Shown: piece after piece, positions 15,001 through 27,902 of the stretch | Layout of the letters: each line of letters opens with the position of its first letter | How positions within the stretch are numbered: the stretch's first letter is position 1 | NCBI GenBank assembly: GCA_002104905.1 | Contig: MCFE01000197.1 | Span: 1 to 64,000 of the forward strand | Direction: 5' to 3' | From: Basidiobolus meristosporus CBS 931.73 | Lineage: Eukaryota; Fungi; Basidiobolomycota | DNA: 64,000 nt | Made by a program: the position numbers and the translations under genes | Notes under the pieces: generated by a model | Told to the model about the DNA's origin: nothing | What the model saw: the letters and a program-made list of their open reading frames with translations, nothing else | Database searches by the model: none

Positions 15001-15601
15001 AAGGTCAATTGGATGGTTAGGTCTTCATCTTCCAACCAACCAATTCCATGGATTACAAGCTATATCCCAAGGCAATGAATCATAAATCTCCCACTCAACC
15101 CTGCATGAAGAATAGTTGACATACCTTGGAAGTATCTACTATTTCAGTATTCAGGCCTCCATTTGCAAAAATGATGGCAGTATTGAACAACTCGTCATCA
15201 TAACCAGCTGATGAGGGTACTAGTTGATCTGGATCTGTAATTGATGTACATGGTAGGCTAGAAAGCTTACGAATCCATTCAGCTGCTGAAAAGCTCCTTT
15301 CATCTGCATCGAACATTGACCAAAATACTTCAGGAGACAATTGCTTCTTTCCCTCTGCACTGTAGGTACCAAATGCAATATTTCGATTTCCTGTGTATGT
15401 GCTGAGTAGAATTGTCCAGGCTGCGTGGAGTAGCATTCTTTCAACCTCTGAAGTCTTCTTTAGAGTATTGTGCGCATATAGCCGGCTAACTGAGGCAATC
15501 TTCGACTCGACGATGTTAAAAGAGGTGTACCTCTCTTTGGTATCACCTGCTTCATACCCGGATAACTGCGGGAAAAGACAAGCGTTGACTGATGAACTCA
15601 T
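1..15601 (-). CDS. Multimodular non-ribosomal peptide synthetase (C*-A1-T-E-C-A2-T-C-A3-T-C-A4-T-C-A5..., continues beyond the left edge); frame broken by nine 1-nt indels
   Basis: ATG at 15601 opens a degenerate N-terminal C-like domain; a 65-nt GT-AG intron (15124-15060) joins it in frame (DTSK|LVIHG) to the 1925-aa ORF. A-domain motifs YLIFTSGSTGMPKGV, YGPTE, GELxxxGPQLARGY, YRTGDL; T domains LGGDSI; E domain HHYIIDLVSW, EGHGRE, RTVGWFTS, FNYLGRF; C domains HHAxxDGWS. The ORF pieces are colinear and join across single-base indels. Confidence 0.92.
170..9255. repeat. Near-identical tandem repeats of the NRPS C-A module, period ~3262 bp
   Basis: The same sequences recur at 453/3714/6977, 1192/4455/7716 and 2448/5712/8974 (offsets 3261-3264). 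Shared blocks are about 170-1990, 2390-5250, 5650-8200 and 8895-9255, separated by divergent A-subdomain/T segments. Confidence 0.95.
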
Positions 15602-17904
15602 TGTAAACGATACCTCCTTTCGAATGGGTTAGTGAAGCTCTTACGCTGGAGGTTTTTATATCCATGAGTGTAGGGGCTATTGAACGCCCAGACATCTTCC
15701 AGTATAACGGGACGACACCAAACTCTCTTCTTTTCCCGGTACACACGTACCACTTTGTCCATCACTTCCAAATCAGTATCGTTCGTCAAGAGTCACATTG
15801 GGTAATATGGATTGAGTAAGCCAAATATGGTGAGTACAGCAGTTGCTCTATTTAGCTGCTTCCAAGAATCTTTTGCAACCTTTTGATCATTGTCACTCAC
15901 GAATGCGTGGATCCCAAGTCTTTGCATTACTTGGCAATGATATGATAGAATCAATGAGAGAAATACAGCCAGGATGACAAAAATAAAGCATGTACGCCAT
16001 ATGTTAAGAAGGTTATTGTCGGAGACCTACTAATGGTAACCAAAGCGATCAACCTTGCCTTTGATTTTGACAATGAGTAATACCCCATTCCTACAGAAGC
16101 CGGTACTGTTGCCCCCATCTGATCAATGCTCACCGAGGGCAAACAAATGGTGTAATAATAATATAGCTAAATTCGGCTTGCCAAATCTTCCCTCCCACTC
16201 CCACAACTCAAGGATATTGGTCGGAGTCGCTAAACGAGGTTAATATTCCTATTTGGGAGGACTTTGGCATGGCACATGGCCAGGTATAGACCATTTGATT
16301 TGTTAATGTCCGAGTGGAACTGGACAGGAACTGGTACTCCCCAACTTTGTGGCAGGAACTTGGGTTTTCTCAAAACTGGGCGGTTGAATGAGTTACCCAA
16401 ATGCATGAACCAAACCATCATTGCATTAGCCCATATTCCCGCAATTATCGTGCCACAGTCAGGTATCTACCACTTTAATATCAGCTCCTTTCAATCCACT
16501 CCCACACCAATAATTAGACAGAAGCAGTGCTCAGAGGCTTTCCACAAATGAGATTACAGGATTAGAGATCAGATGAAATTTATGATTGGAACTCAAAAAC
16601 CGGTTTGGATTGGAGCGGAGTGTAAATGAATAACTATTCTTGCCTCTGAAGCGAAGATGGAGTGTATTCTCTGCCCAGTGCAGACAGCAAATGGCTTGCG
16701 TAAATGGAATTCGACTGTAATTGGTACATGGACGGGACTATTCTGGAGCAAGAATATTCTTTTTCCACTTGTGATTTGTTGAGCAGAATCTTTACAATCG
16801 TGGTATGTATCTCTTTATGTCAGAAGGATTGCGTTGTTACTCGCAGTCGCCGAGTCGTACATCCTTCGACGAATATGATCCCAGTTGGATTAGTCTCCAA
16901 ATGTCACAAACCGGTTAGAACTAGCAATATTCAATAGAAGCCGTTGACAATAGCCGCTACTTGCTTTTTTTCGATTGAAATTAGCCAATTGAGGTTGCCT
17001 CTTGTGCAACTGTTATTGGTCGCTGTTTTGTTTCGATCTTGCAGGCCGTGAACTCTACACTACTGAGAGTAAACTGGAATGATACTACAGCGATATGTTT
17101 GTGAAACAATTGATTGCAATAATCAGAATGAAAGCAAGTTAACCACTGGCCCAGCCGTTGAATAATATCCGCTTGTGCAAATTCTTAGCAGGATGGGAGC
17201 AAAACTTCAACACATCCTTGATATCGGCTACACTTTTTAGCACCTTTGGAAGCGGCTTAGACAGTTCGAGGGCTTTGGACAACATTGAAAATCTCCCAAA
17301 TCGATTCCTGGGTAATTACACATGGATACGCCTGCAATTGAGCAGTCCCATTGATATGTGTTAGATAAACCTCAACACTATATTGTGCACACTCCAACTC
17401 ATACTTTCTGTGTTTAATGTGCTATGATGCAACTCTATATTGTTGAGGCATCCGTATAGTGTTTACAGAGTAATAACCATAGAATAGTTGGAGGAGCTTT
17501 GAGAAATTTGGATGGTAAGTAGGGACTTCGGGATACCCCTCAATAGTTCAGTCCGTTTGGGAGTTTCTACTGTTCTGAACTGGTATGAAACTGCTATAGA
17601 CTACTTGATTATACTTGATCATTCATTTCTCAACAAGTACAAGCTGGTTAATACTGTTAGAATAGCACTTGACCTGGGGATTTTTCAATTACCTTCTCAG
17701 TAATCTTTTGAATTGCTGAAGTACTTGGAAGGTATTCAATAATCCAAATGGCTGCACCTTCTCATTCATCTACGTTGCATCTTCCTCAACATATTTGTAT
17801 CATTGGCCTACCAGATTCTCCAAAAGTATTGATATTTTTCTCGTTATTCAAATCACATTCAGGTTCCCAACCTCACTTGCGTCATGGTTTTGGAGCAACA
17901 GCAT

Positions 17905-18200
17905 TGTTGTCAGGAGTTTGAAGATATTGAAGGCGATTAACTGCACTGGTGGATTATTTGGTTTTCACTTGATGATTTACGGAATGTTAGAGTGGTATTT
18001 ACACTCTTACAACACGTCGAGTATGTTTATAAAAGCCCCGAAAATTTTTGGGCAAAGCTTGGGGTCTTGAACAGCGTAACAAATTTTGATGCTCAGGGTA
18101 CGTAACATTTTGGTGAAAACATTCCGTCCCGACATGGGATTTGGACAGGAAATAGCGAGGTTCATAAGCTAGGATCCAAGTGACTAAGTTATTGTAAACT
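17905..18200. mobile_element. Degenerate solo LTR related to the copia LTR family at 56309/61949
   Basis: Starts tgttgtcaggagtttgaagatattg and retains ggttttcacttgatgattta, gcaaagcttgggg, tttggtgaaaa and aagtgactaagtt, colinear with the 347-bp LTRs; right end eroded. Confidence 0.6.
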
Positions 18201-18531
18201 TCATACTTGCACCTAAATGTTTACACCAAGTATTTGTAATGGACGCGATAAACTTGCAAAAAAATACCTTACATGCCAATTTAAAACACTACTATAACGT
18301 ATTACAACTATGGAATGAGGTCTTATGGTCAGATACTTGGAGCGAAGCCCGTTGTCAACTGGTTCATCATAAATGAATGTCTCTATGGACTATTGCTCAA
18401 CATTTGCACAAAAAGAGATGAAACTATTGAAAGTTTGGGAATAACTCTGATGCAATATTAACCCCTCTTGTTCTAATTAAGGGATATAACACTAATTACA
18501 TAACCTGAACAGTCTTGACGTAAAAAAGAAA

Positions 18532-18604
18532 CGAGGCACATGGGACTCGAACCCACAATCCCCAGATCCGAAGTCTGATGCCTTATCCATTAGGCCAATG
18601 CCCC
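18532..18604 (-). tRNA. tRNA-Arg (anticodon TCG), intronless
   Basis: Reverse complement GGGGCATTGGCCTAATGGATAAGGCATCAGACTTCGGATCTGGGGATTGTGGGTTCGAGTCCCATGTGCCTCG folds as a cloverleaf with A and B boxes, followed by a T-rich Pol III terminator. Confidence 0.97.
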
Positions 18605-19046
18605 ATTCAACAACAAATCATTACAAGCTCAAAACGGCTTTAACAAACATCGGAGTATTCGGATGATTACAATTAGGATAAATATATTATGGAGAGCTCG
18701 TTTTAATTAGTCTTTGTAAAAGTCAGATTGGCCGATTCTGATCTATGGATATTTTACATTTAGCTCAAGTCAGTGATTACATCTAATCTCGTTGAAAACG
18801 CGAGCCAATATCTCCATAGAATTAGACGGTTTTCTCATCCAAAATAAATATCTAAAACTATGCTGACCATATATAGAAATAGCTAACCAAACCCCACCAA
18901 AATTCAAAAAAATCCGACTAAAATTTTGACACCGGATGCCTTTGATCAATGATCCCAGCCAAATGGAAATTTTTTACTTTAAACATATACCATCAACATC
19001 TGACTAACGTTACTGTTCAGCGTATCGTTCTGTTCATTTTTGTAGA

Positions 19047-20803
19047 ATGTCAATGAACTCAGCATTTGGTGGAATATCTCGCATTGCTTTGAAGGCTCCC
19101 AGGAACTTGTTGCATCAAGGTTCTGCAAAGAGAGCCCTCACCACCACCTTGGTCCAACAAAGTAAGCATTTCGATGTCGAGAAGCTACTTCTCCAGTTCT
19201 AACAGCCTTTCTTAGATCAAGTTCAGTACATTCGTCCAGCAACCAGATTTGGTAGAACCAATTCCTCCAGTGAGCAAACTACTCCGGTAGATGCCTACAA
19301 CAAGAAACTCCTAAGCAACAAAAATGACCTCGAAACTGTCAAGAAACTTATCAACGACATGAAAGAGGCTAACATTCAACCAAACCTCAAGACCTACAAC
19401 TTGTTGGCCGGCTCATACATGCGCGCAGGAAAGCAAGAGGGTGTTCTCGAAACACTTGCTGAAATGAAGCAACTTGGTATTACCCCCACCGTGTCTACAT
19501 ATGACACTCTACTACAGGTATTTTGATAATCACGCCTCTCCTCAAAGGACTGGTTTGCTAATTGGCGGATAATCGATTTTAGGAGTCCATCCGCGCTGTG
19601 GGCAATATCCCATTCATCATGGACCTGATGGAGAAAGACCAGATTCCATTGACCCAAAACTCCTACGAGTACTTGGTACATTCGATGGTGTGGAATAAGC
19701 GTTTGGAGCAGGCGCTAGATATCCTTGACTCTATGAAAGAGCGCAAAATCAGACCAACCGAATCCACCTACTCTCACATCATCAACGGCTGTATCGATGT
19801 TGATGAAACCGAGCTAGCATACAAATTCTTGAAAGACTCCGAGGCCAAGAGTATGTTTGTGCCACGTAGCGCATACATCCGCACCTTGTACGCTTGCGCT
19901 CGTAGCCATGAGAGCAATGTCGAGGAGCTCTGGAGAAAGGTTACTGGCGCTCTGAATCTCAAGCCATTGGAGGGGCTCTGTATGGAGGTGTTGAATTACG
20001 CTTGCAGAGCTGGAAAGCCGGACCTTGCCGCCGACGTCCTTCGCGTCCTGACCCAGAGCAAGATCACCTGCAAGGAGCAACACTTTGCTCCTCTGTTCGA
20101 GGCCTTCATCTCGAACAAAGACTGGAAGAGCGCTTTGAACATTGTTGACGTCATGGTCAACGCTAAAATTGAGCCCGAGCCAACATTCATGGAGCCATTC
20201 AAGAACGCAATCGAGAAGAGCGCCTCGGACCTGGACGATGCCTACATGGCCATTGAGAATCTCCGGGAAGATGGAAAGAAGGTTCACATCTCCGCATTCA
20301 ACACCATCGTTAGCGCATGTGCACACCTCGGGGATGTCAAGAGAGCATTCGCCGCCGTCACAGATGCACCCAAGCTGGGTATCCAAGCAGATATCGAGAC
20401 GTACAACGCCATCTTGGATGCCTGTGCTAGATCCCACAACAAGGAGATTGCCGAGAAGGTTTATCATGAAATCAAGGCTACCGGCCTCAAGCCCAACGCC
20501 GATACTTTCTTCCGCTTGATTGCTGTCTCTTGCCAGCAAAGCGATTACGAGGATGCCTTTGGCTATCTTGAAGAGACCAAGGAGAACAATATTGTGCCCC
20601 CAGCATCCGCATATGTTCTCTTGGTCCGGAAGTGCGCCCGCGAGCGTGACTCTCGGGCCCGTATTGCCATGGAGGAGATGGAGGTGTTCGGATACCCAGT
20701 AACCAACGAGCTAAAGAAGTATGTCGAAACCGGAGGAATGGCCGCATCCAAAATCTTCACCAAAAGACCTAGACATTTCGCCGGCGGAAAGGCTGATATT
20801 TAG
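19047..20803 (+). CDS. Pentatricopeptide repeat (PPR) protein, probably mitochondrial
   Basis: Repeated ~35-aa PPR units (TYNLLAGSY, STYSHIINGC, AFNTIVSAC, TYNAILDAC); basic N-terminal presequence-like region; two introns (~19160-19215, ~19517-19583). Confidence 0.88.
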
Positions 20804-21178
20804 AAATAGAGAAACGTTGTCTTGACGTTTGCTTTCATCTTTACTCTCGGAATTTTGTCGTTGTTGCTATCATCTTCATATCATGGAAATTTTCACTGCT
20901 GTGATCGGTCTTGACTCGAATCTCACAATCATCATGGCTATTTCAATCTTCTATCACCATCATCACCATCTTTATAACAAACTGCATATCTTTGTTTCCC
21001 GATGACGTCAGTAATTAAAGATTTCCCATTTTTACAAGTTGAATGCAGGCGCACTTCAGGATTATAGTTGAATAGTTAAACATAGCGTGAGGGGTGTTCA
21101 TCTATAGGTCATTAGTGTTTAAAGGTGGTATTGGCGAGAGGATAGGGGAGAGACTGACGGGTTGGTCAAAGGGGGCCT

Positions 21179-22419
21179 CTACATGTTGTTTCGCACCATC
21201 ACAGTAATGAGCTTAATACTAGCATCCCCTAGCTGATAGTACTGATGGTTGATGCCGGGGTTGAACATCGTGGTATGCGCATCGACTTCGTCGGGCGCTG
21301 CTGACTTGACTGGTGTGAAGAACTCTGCGGTCTCTTCCGGTGGAGGAATGATAAATGTTCGGACGTAGCCGCTTTTACCTTGGATCTGTGGTAGATGTGA
21401 TTAGTATCTTCGAAGCGATGCCAACGAGTTGATGAGGTGTCCGCTTACTTGCATGTAATAGCAATGGAAAATGATCTCGTTGCTCATTTCCTTAAGTCGT
21501 TTGACCCTGAAAAGTCTTGGTAAGCTGAATGGTACTTTTGATCACTGTAATCTCTTCAACGGCTACCTTTCTTTCAGCTCTTCCTTTCGAGTCAATGCTT
21601 TGACGAACTCCAAGTGTTCGGTCACGTAACTGACTCCATTTTGTAGATTTTCTTTCTGCCAGTAGATAGTGGCGCCGGCTGCAGCGGTTGCCGCTACCAC
21701 TGCTCCTATAGTCCCCCATTTCATTTTTGAGCTGGCTGCCGTGACGGAGTCGGTAGCCACTCTCGCGACCGCTGTACTGGTGGTGGCGGTTTTGACTGCT
21801 GCTCCCAATGTGGACACCAATGAAATAGCTGAACCGTATTTGCTATGAAGATCGGTAGCTCTAGTTCTAGCTGTCTCAGCAAACAAATTGGCCTCTACCC
21901 CATAGTAAGGAGTATCGTAGGCTAGAATTCCTATTATTTTCGGTATGTGCTTCTTTTCCTCCTCTGGGGCTTCTGCGGTTGCCTCTTTTAGATTGAAGAA
22001 AGCATCGGCAGCTGTATATCACCACGATTGCTTAGCACCGGAATTGTGTATGGTGAAGAAAGCTGGCATACCTAAAAGACCGCCCATCGAATGCCCCATA
22101 AGCACTATCAACGGTGGCGGAAGTCCGTGTTCACACCGTTCCTCGCCGATCTTCATGATCCAATTACACAGATTCGTTGCTGCAGCTTTCAGATCGCCTC
22201 TGGTTTCGTACTGGGGATAGACAACCACGTCAACATCGACTGCAGTCAGGGAATTCGTCAAAACCGTTCTCAATCGTTCAGGAAAATCCTAAAGTTCATG
22301 TGAATGAGAGATGGACTTGCTGCGCAGATATTGAGTGGTAATACCTCAAACGTTCTCTCGTTCCCTTTGAATCCATGTATAAAGATCAACAATAAACGGT
22401 TGTATCGTTGGAGTTCCAT
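21179..22419 (-). CDS. Alpha/beta hydrolase (DUF676/lipase-like)
   Basis: IFIHGFKG near the N-terminus, nucleophile motif GHSMGG, ILAYDTPYYG, C-terminal DEVDAHTTMF; several GT-AG introns. Confidence 0.8.
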
Positions 22420-23422
22420 TTTCAGCAACAAAATTGGCAGCTGCTATACAGGCCAGTCTGCCATATATATACTAGTGGTCACTTTGATGTGAAATCATGT
22501 GATGATGAAACTCGGACCAAAAATTGCGGTTTGCTCTTGGCACGCAGAGAAGGTGAACATTAGGATTCTTATGCAAACCTAACCTTGACGAAGGGTGTCT
22601 GATGTATAATAGACATGGTTGATTAAATCTTACCGGCCAATGAACAACGAACACCTTCAGCACTAAGCACATACATATCTTCATCTTACTGGATGTTCCA
22701 TGTAAATTCGATTGATGTGTTACGTCAAGCCCCGAATCACTCACTGGACCGAAACTATACGATTCATGTATTCCAAACCCAAGTATTCTATATCAGTCCA
22801 AGCTGCGTAGACCAAAGTCACAGCGACAGAAACGAGCGAAAGGCTTGATTGGTCACAAACACACTCACACAGAATACAACATTTATACTTTTTAACACTC
22901 ACACAGAATCCCACCCACACCACTGCTCATGAGCAAATACGTCAAGTATTAAATTACTCCGTTGCACAGCTAGCACCCGGTCAAGCATAGAAAGCGTCGC
23001 CAATTAACTCCATATCCGCCAACAAATCCGATCAATTGAATACTTATTTAGGAACCAGGAAATTTGGGAAGCTATCTAAAGGTAAGGCCCATACGCCACT
23101 TGGTCCATCCAACAAAATCTGACGAAAATATCGGTATTTTTATTAATCTCCATCAATGTGCCAGTTCCCAAATCTTGCCCTGATCATTGGGATCTTCTAG
23201 ACTACACATATAAGTAAGCCTTGTGTTTTTTGGGATTTTTCGAGGTTATATCGTGTGGTTTTTGGGTCAAAGTGCTTTACACCCACCTTGATTAACGTTC
23301 TACTTTGATTTTGCAATTTTGTCCTTGCTACCTATTCTTCCTAAATCTCAACAACCACTGGGCTCAAAGCAACTCAATATCTATAGATTCCCACTTAGCA
23401 ACAGTTCGACGTAGGAGAAACC

Positions 23423-25575
23423 ATGTCGTGGAAGATTACTGGCTTTAAGAGTATGTCTGAAATTCTTTTCATGCCAGTCCCAGGGCTGTTTCCGCCTCCA
23501 TGCTTATATCGCTCATCTTGACCTCCCCTCTAGAAAATAAAGAAACGCCTGTTCCAACCATATCGGCTCCGATTACCGCCCCAGTTCGACAGAGAAGTCC
23601 GAAGTCGGGAACTTTACTGATTCGTGTAGTTGAGGCAAAGCATTTGCGGTTTCCAGCGGAAATCTCTTTACCCTCCGGACGTGTAGAAATTTGGAGACTC
23701 CCATATGTGGTCTTAGAATATGATAGAAATGACTTGCTGATCGAGGCTTTAGGTGGAGAGCTGGAAAATCCCATCTGGAAATACAAAGCAAACTTGTAAG
23801 TCACTTCCTAATCTCACTGCAATTTCCATCCAGATCTGCCCAGCATCCCTAGTGTATTCACAATACTCTTCACCATAGCGATGTTTCTCGTGAAAGTGAA
23901 GTGTCAGTTTCGATTTATACTCGTACAGAGGATCCAAAAAAAACCTCTGGCAAATCAGTGTTTCTGGGTGCGGTCATTCTCAGTCCCGACTTTAGCGGAG
24001 TACGTTTTATTGCTCATCGACAGAAACCCCCCCAAGTAATTTAACTTTTCCTTCTAGAGACTACAAGATGAGTGGGTTCCACTCACTGGGGGCTCTGGCT
24101 ATATCAGAGTGCAACTATGCTACAAGAAGAACGAGGTTTTAACTCTTTTGTAATCGGCCAAGTCGTGGTAGTATATTGACATAATTGTGAACTCCAGAGA
24201 ACCACCCCACTCTCGATTGATGAATTCGATCTCTTGAAAGTGATCGGCAAGGGCAGCTTTGGCAAGGTAAACTTCTAGCTGTATTTCATAAACACGGGGT
24301 CCCACCGCTGACCAAAATGAACCGCTTGCGCTTACAAAACTAGGTGATGCAAGTGCGTAAATGTGACACCAACCGTATTTACGCAATGAAGATCCTCAAC
24401 AAGTCCAAGATTGTTTCTCGGGATGAAGTAACTCACACTCTGGCCGAGAGAACCGTGCTAGGCCAAATCAATCACCCATTCATTGTTCCACTGAAATTCT
24501 CATTCCAAAGCCCCGAAAAGCTCTATCTCGTTCTTGCGTTCGTCAATGGTGGCGAGTTGTTCCACCACTTGCAGCGCGAGGGAAGATTCGATGAAAAACG
24601 AAGCCGATTCTACGCTGCCGAGCTCCTGACCGCTCTAGAGCATCTTCACAGCTACAATGTTATTTATCGGTAAGCCTTGATGGATTGAGTTGGTGCCACT
24701 TCTCTTAGCCACTAAACTCCTTTTCTACCCGATGTAGTGATCTAAAACCCGAGGTTAGATTTGGTTGATTGATAGGGAATGTGGAAGGTGGCTTACATTT
24801 TGTTGTTAACTAGAACATCTTGTTGGATTACAACGGGCACATTGCCTTGTGCGACTTCGGCCTCTGCAAACTCAACATGGCTGAGAGCGATACAACGAAT
24901 ACATTCTGTGGCACTCCCGAGTACCTTGCGCCAGAGCTTCTCTACGGCCAAGGATACACAAAGACTGTTGACTGGTGGACGTTTGGGGTGCTTTTGTTTG
25001 AAATGCTTACAGGGCTACCACCTTTCTACGACGAAAACACCCATGAGATGTACAGAAAGATCTTGGAAGACGAACTTAGATTCCCTGACCACGTTGGCTC
25101 GCATGCCAGATCGCTGTTGAGAGGCGTAAGTCCCTGGAATGTTTGGATCTCCAAAGGATTTATCACTGACATCGGTCTTTAGCTGCTCGAGAGAGACCCC
25201 AACCAAAGATTAGGCAACAACGGTGCCGACGAAATTAGACGCCATCCATTCTTTGCCGAAATCGACTGGGCAAAACTGTTGGCAAAGAAGTACCAGCCGC
25301 CATTCAAACCCAATGTGGTAGGTTGATTTGTATGCAGCTGTGTGATGACGAGCGATGCTGAAGCGGTTAATTTGATTTCCAAGGCGTCCGCATTCGATAC
25401 CTCAAACTTCGACGAGGAGTTCACCTCTGAGATTCCCCACGATTCAGTTGCCGAGGACTCGAAACTGTCGGAGACCATGCAACAGCAATTTGCTGGATTT
25501 ACCTATGAAGGAGATGGTGCGCTCTCTCTGGCTACCAGTCTGGGCGGATTGGGCATGGGCCGGAGTATCAACTAG
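23423..25575 (+). CDS. YPK1: AGC Ser/Thr kinase, Ypk1/Gad8 (SGK) family, with C2-like N-terminus
   Basis: Starts MSWKITGFK; GKGSFGKV, YAMKIL, YRDLKPEN, DFGLCK, TFCGTPEYLAPE; hydrophobic motif QQFAGFTY; multi-intron. Confidence 0.92.
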
Positions 25576-26207
25576 ATCAATTCTTCATGCATTACAGAGG
25601 AACTTGGCGGCCTCCAAGCCAATCTATTCAAGTGACTTACTTGTCTATCCCAGTAGACCTTTCCTCATATATATTTTCATACTTCCTACACATGATATCT
25701 TCTCTAGCCTCATCTCGATTCAATGTTTTCTATCTTGTACTACGGTTCAATACAAATTCTAAAGATGCCCAATATATCTGCAGCGTGTTTGTTCCATGTC
25801 CATTGTAGGGATGTCGGTCCCTTAATCATGCCTTAAATAATCTATTCGAGATGTGGACATCGAGGAAGTGTGAGAAGAATCAACATTGTTCCATTGAGAA
25901 GCTTGGAATAGGGGCAACGCTTATCTCTCTAGTGGGAGAGGAGGTCGCCATTTGACAGATGACTGATTGGTCAAGCCTGTGACTAGAGTATGCGCTCCCC
26001 TCTGCTCAGCTGTATTTGCAATGTATAACCAATGTAATGCATATATTTCATGCCCGAACGTACCTTCGGTTCCCCAACCCCATATACAACCTTGTTGAAC
26101 GCATCAGGTTGATATCATTTTAGGGCCGCTATCCAATGTAGATAAATCGGTCCTCTGTAGTGACTTTCCTTTTTGAATTTTCTTTCTCACCATCCTCCGC
26201 TGCTTGA

Positions 26208-27684
26208 ATGATGAGAGGAGAAGCGTCAGTCTCAAAGCCAATCAAGCTCCTTTTTTTCCTCTACGTATTCCTCTCTTTTCTTTATATTGTCCACTACTTC
26301 TACGAGATACCGAGTCCAAGTAAGTTCAGCGTCTTATCAGTTGCACGAAACCCCAAGTGAACACGAGTCCTGTCCTAGATATTCTCAAGATCCCACGCTA
26401 CACCCAGGAGTTGACGTTGGATGATGCAGGTAACCAGTGTCCCGCGCTTTCCACCGAGTGCCTCTTCTGATTCACCAGTTGCTAGACTCTATGTTCGGCG
26501 GCCACAATAACCGTTATGTCTACTCCAAATTATTCTCGAGCGCTATGCAGCCAAGCAACCTAGAGCCGTTTTATATCCGTGCTGAATTGATCCCCTCGCC
26601 AGACGATATCACCATCACAACGTTGATTACACCGGATCGATTTGAAGTATTTGAGAAACTCATCAATCATTATCAAGGTAACTCGAGCTACTCATTAGTC
26701 CATGACCGAAGCTTACCACCCCCACCCCTTACCAGGGCCCATCTCTGCCACCTTACATGTGGACGAAACACCTGAGAAGAGAAAAATCCTTGGAAGACTC
26801 CAAGCGATGTACATGAGAAACCCCTCGATGCGGAGATACGTGGATGTACACTTGATAGTGGATTCATTCGAAAGACAGTTTAACTACTGGCGTAATGTAG
26901 CCAGATTCTTTGCTCGGACCAAGTACATCCTGATGCTGGATGTAGACTTCTTCCCGTGCACGAACTTGCGGCAAAATCTACAGCGACACCCACAACTATT
27001 GGGCAAACTGCGAGAGGGGAATGCAGCAATAGTAATTCCTGCTTTCGAATATGGGGCGCTGGATGAGGGTCGGAATTCTGATCACTTCCCACGCACCAAA
27101 GACGCTCTAATCAAGGTGGTCCGTTCTGGACACCTTGACATGTTCCACAAGGTGTGGCAACAAGGGCACGGATCTACCAATTACACCCGATGGTACTCCG
27201 CCGATCAGCCATACCTTGTCACAGAATACACCTACAGCTATGAGCCATATGTCGTGGTGAAAAAAGATGCGGTGCCCTGGTGCGACGAGAGGTTTATCGG
27301 TTATGGTGCCAACAAGGCAGCCTGTTTGTATGAGATCTATTTATCTGGAACTGATTTCTGGGTGCTGCCCAACGATTTTTTGATCCACCAAAACCATGAC
27401 TATCCAGAGGTGACCCGTCGAATGGAGGTAAGCCAGGGCCGCAGGCTCGACAAGAAGACTACTTACTGATCAGGCTCGTCTTGTAGAGAAAACTTAACAA
27501 GCAGATCTACACGAATTTCCGGGAGGAAAGTTGCTATCGTTATTGGCGAAATGCCTTGGCCCTGGGGACTTGGAACAGCCCGCGCTCCAGCAACGCCAGA
27601 CGCGAGTGCAGTAAGATCCCGGAATTTATGGAATTACTCAATGAGTTGGATAATCCGAATTCAATCTCACTTAATTCCAATTGA
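26208..27684 (+). CDS. Glycosyltransferase family 49 (LARGE/B4GAT1-like), type II membrane protein
   Basis: N-terminal hydrophobic anchor (KLLFFLYVFLSFLYIVHYF); RNVARFFARTKYILMLDVDF (DxD); YEPYVV, DERFIGYGANKAAC; last exon RKLNKQIYTNFREE after an intron at ~27428-27487; TGA at 27682-27684. Confidence 0.85.
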
Positions 27685-27749
27685 CCATCTGACCATCCTA
27701 TCCTAATGACAAACACACTAGAGCCATCTTTCAATTGTTTATTTCCAAT

Positions 27750-27875
27750 GGCAACTTTCCCTTGCGCAGGTATTATCCTGTTCAGGTTCAAAGGGTATGA
27801 TCTCAGTCCATTTGCAGCATCCCGCTAGACCCTTACCTAGGCCCGACAGCATACCACAGGACACCCCTAGTTACC
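27750..27875 (-). ncRNA. TPP riboswitch aptamer (cis-regulatory RNA) in the 3' UTR of THI5/NMT1
   Basis: Reverse complement GGTAACTAGGGGTGTCC-[~46-nt P3 extension]-GGACTGAGATCATACCCTTTGAACCTGAACAGGATAATACCTGCGCAAGGGAAAGTTGCC. P1 GGTAACT/AGTTGCC, invariant CTGAGA, ACCCTTTGAACCTGA, P5 CAGG/CCTG with ATAATA loop, GCGCAAGGGA. It sits next to a thiamine biosynthesis gene in the sense orientation. Confidence 0.95.
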
Positions 27876-27902
27876 AACGAAAAAAATAAATTACCACTGA
27901 AC

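Noticed and set aside
1-15601. Calling the NRPS a ferrichrome-type siderophore synthetase (SidC)
   Set aside because: Some A and C motifs look similar, but there is an E domain, every visible module has its own A domain, and no T-C repeats are visible. The 3' end is outside the window, so it is not fully excluded.
15602-17900. Short ORFs upstream of the NRPS
   Set aside because: No recognisable motifs or consistent exon structure; treated as intergenic.
19814-20539. 241-aa minus-strand ORF
   Set aside because: Antisense to the PPR exon; a codon-bias by-product.
27738-27868. Open frame running through the aptamer (GVSCGML...CHWK*) as an alternative THI5 C-terminus
   Set aside because: About 42 stop-free codons can occur by chance and it depends on a weak donor; kept only as one branch of the splicing hypothesis.
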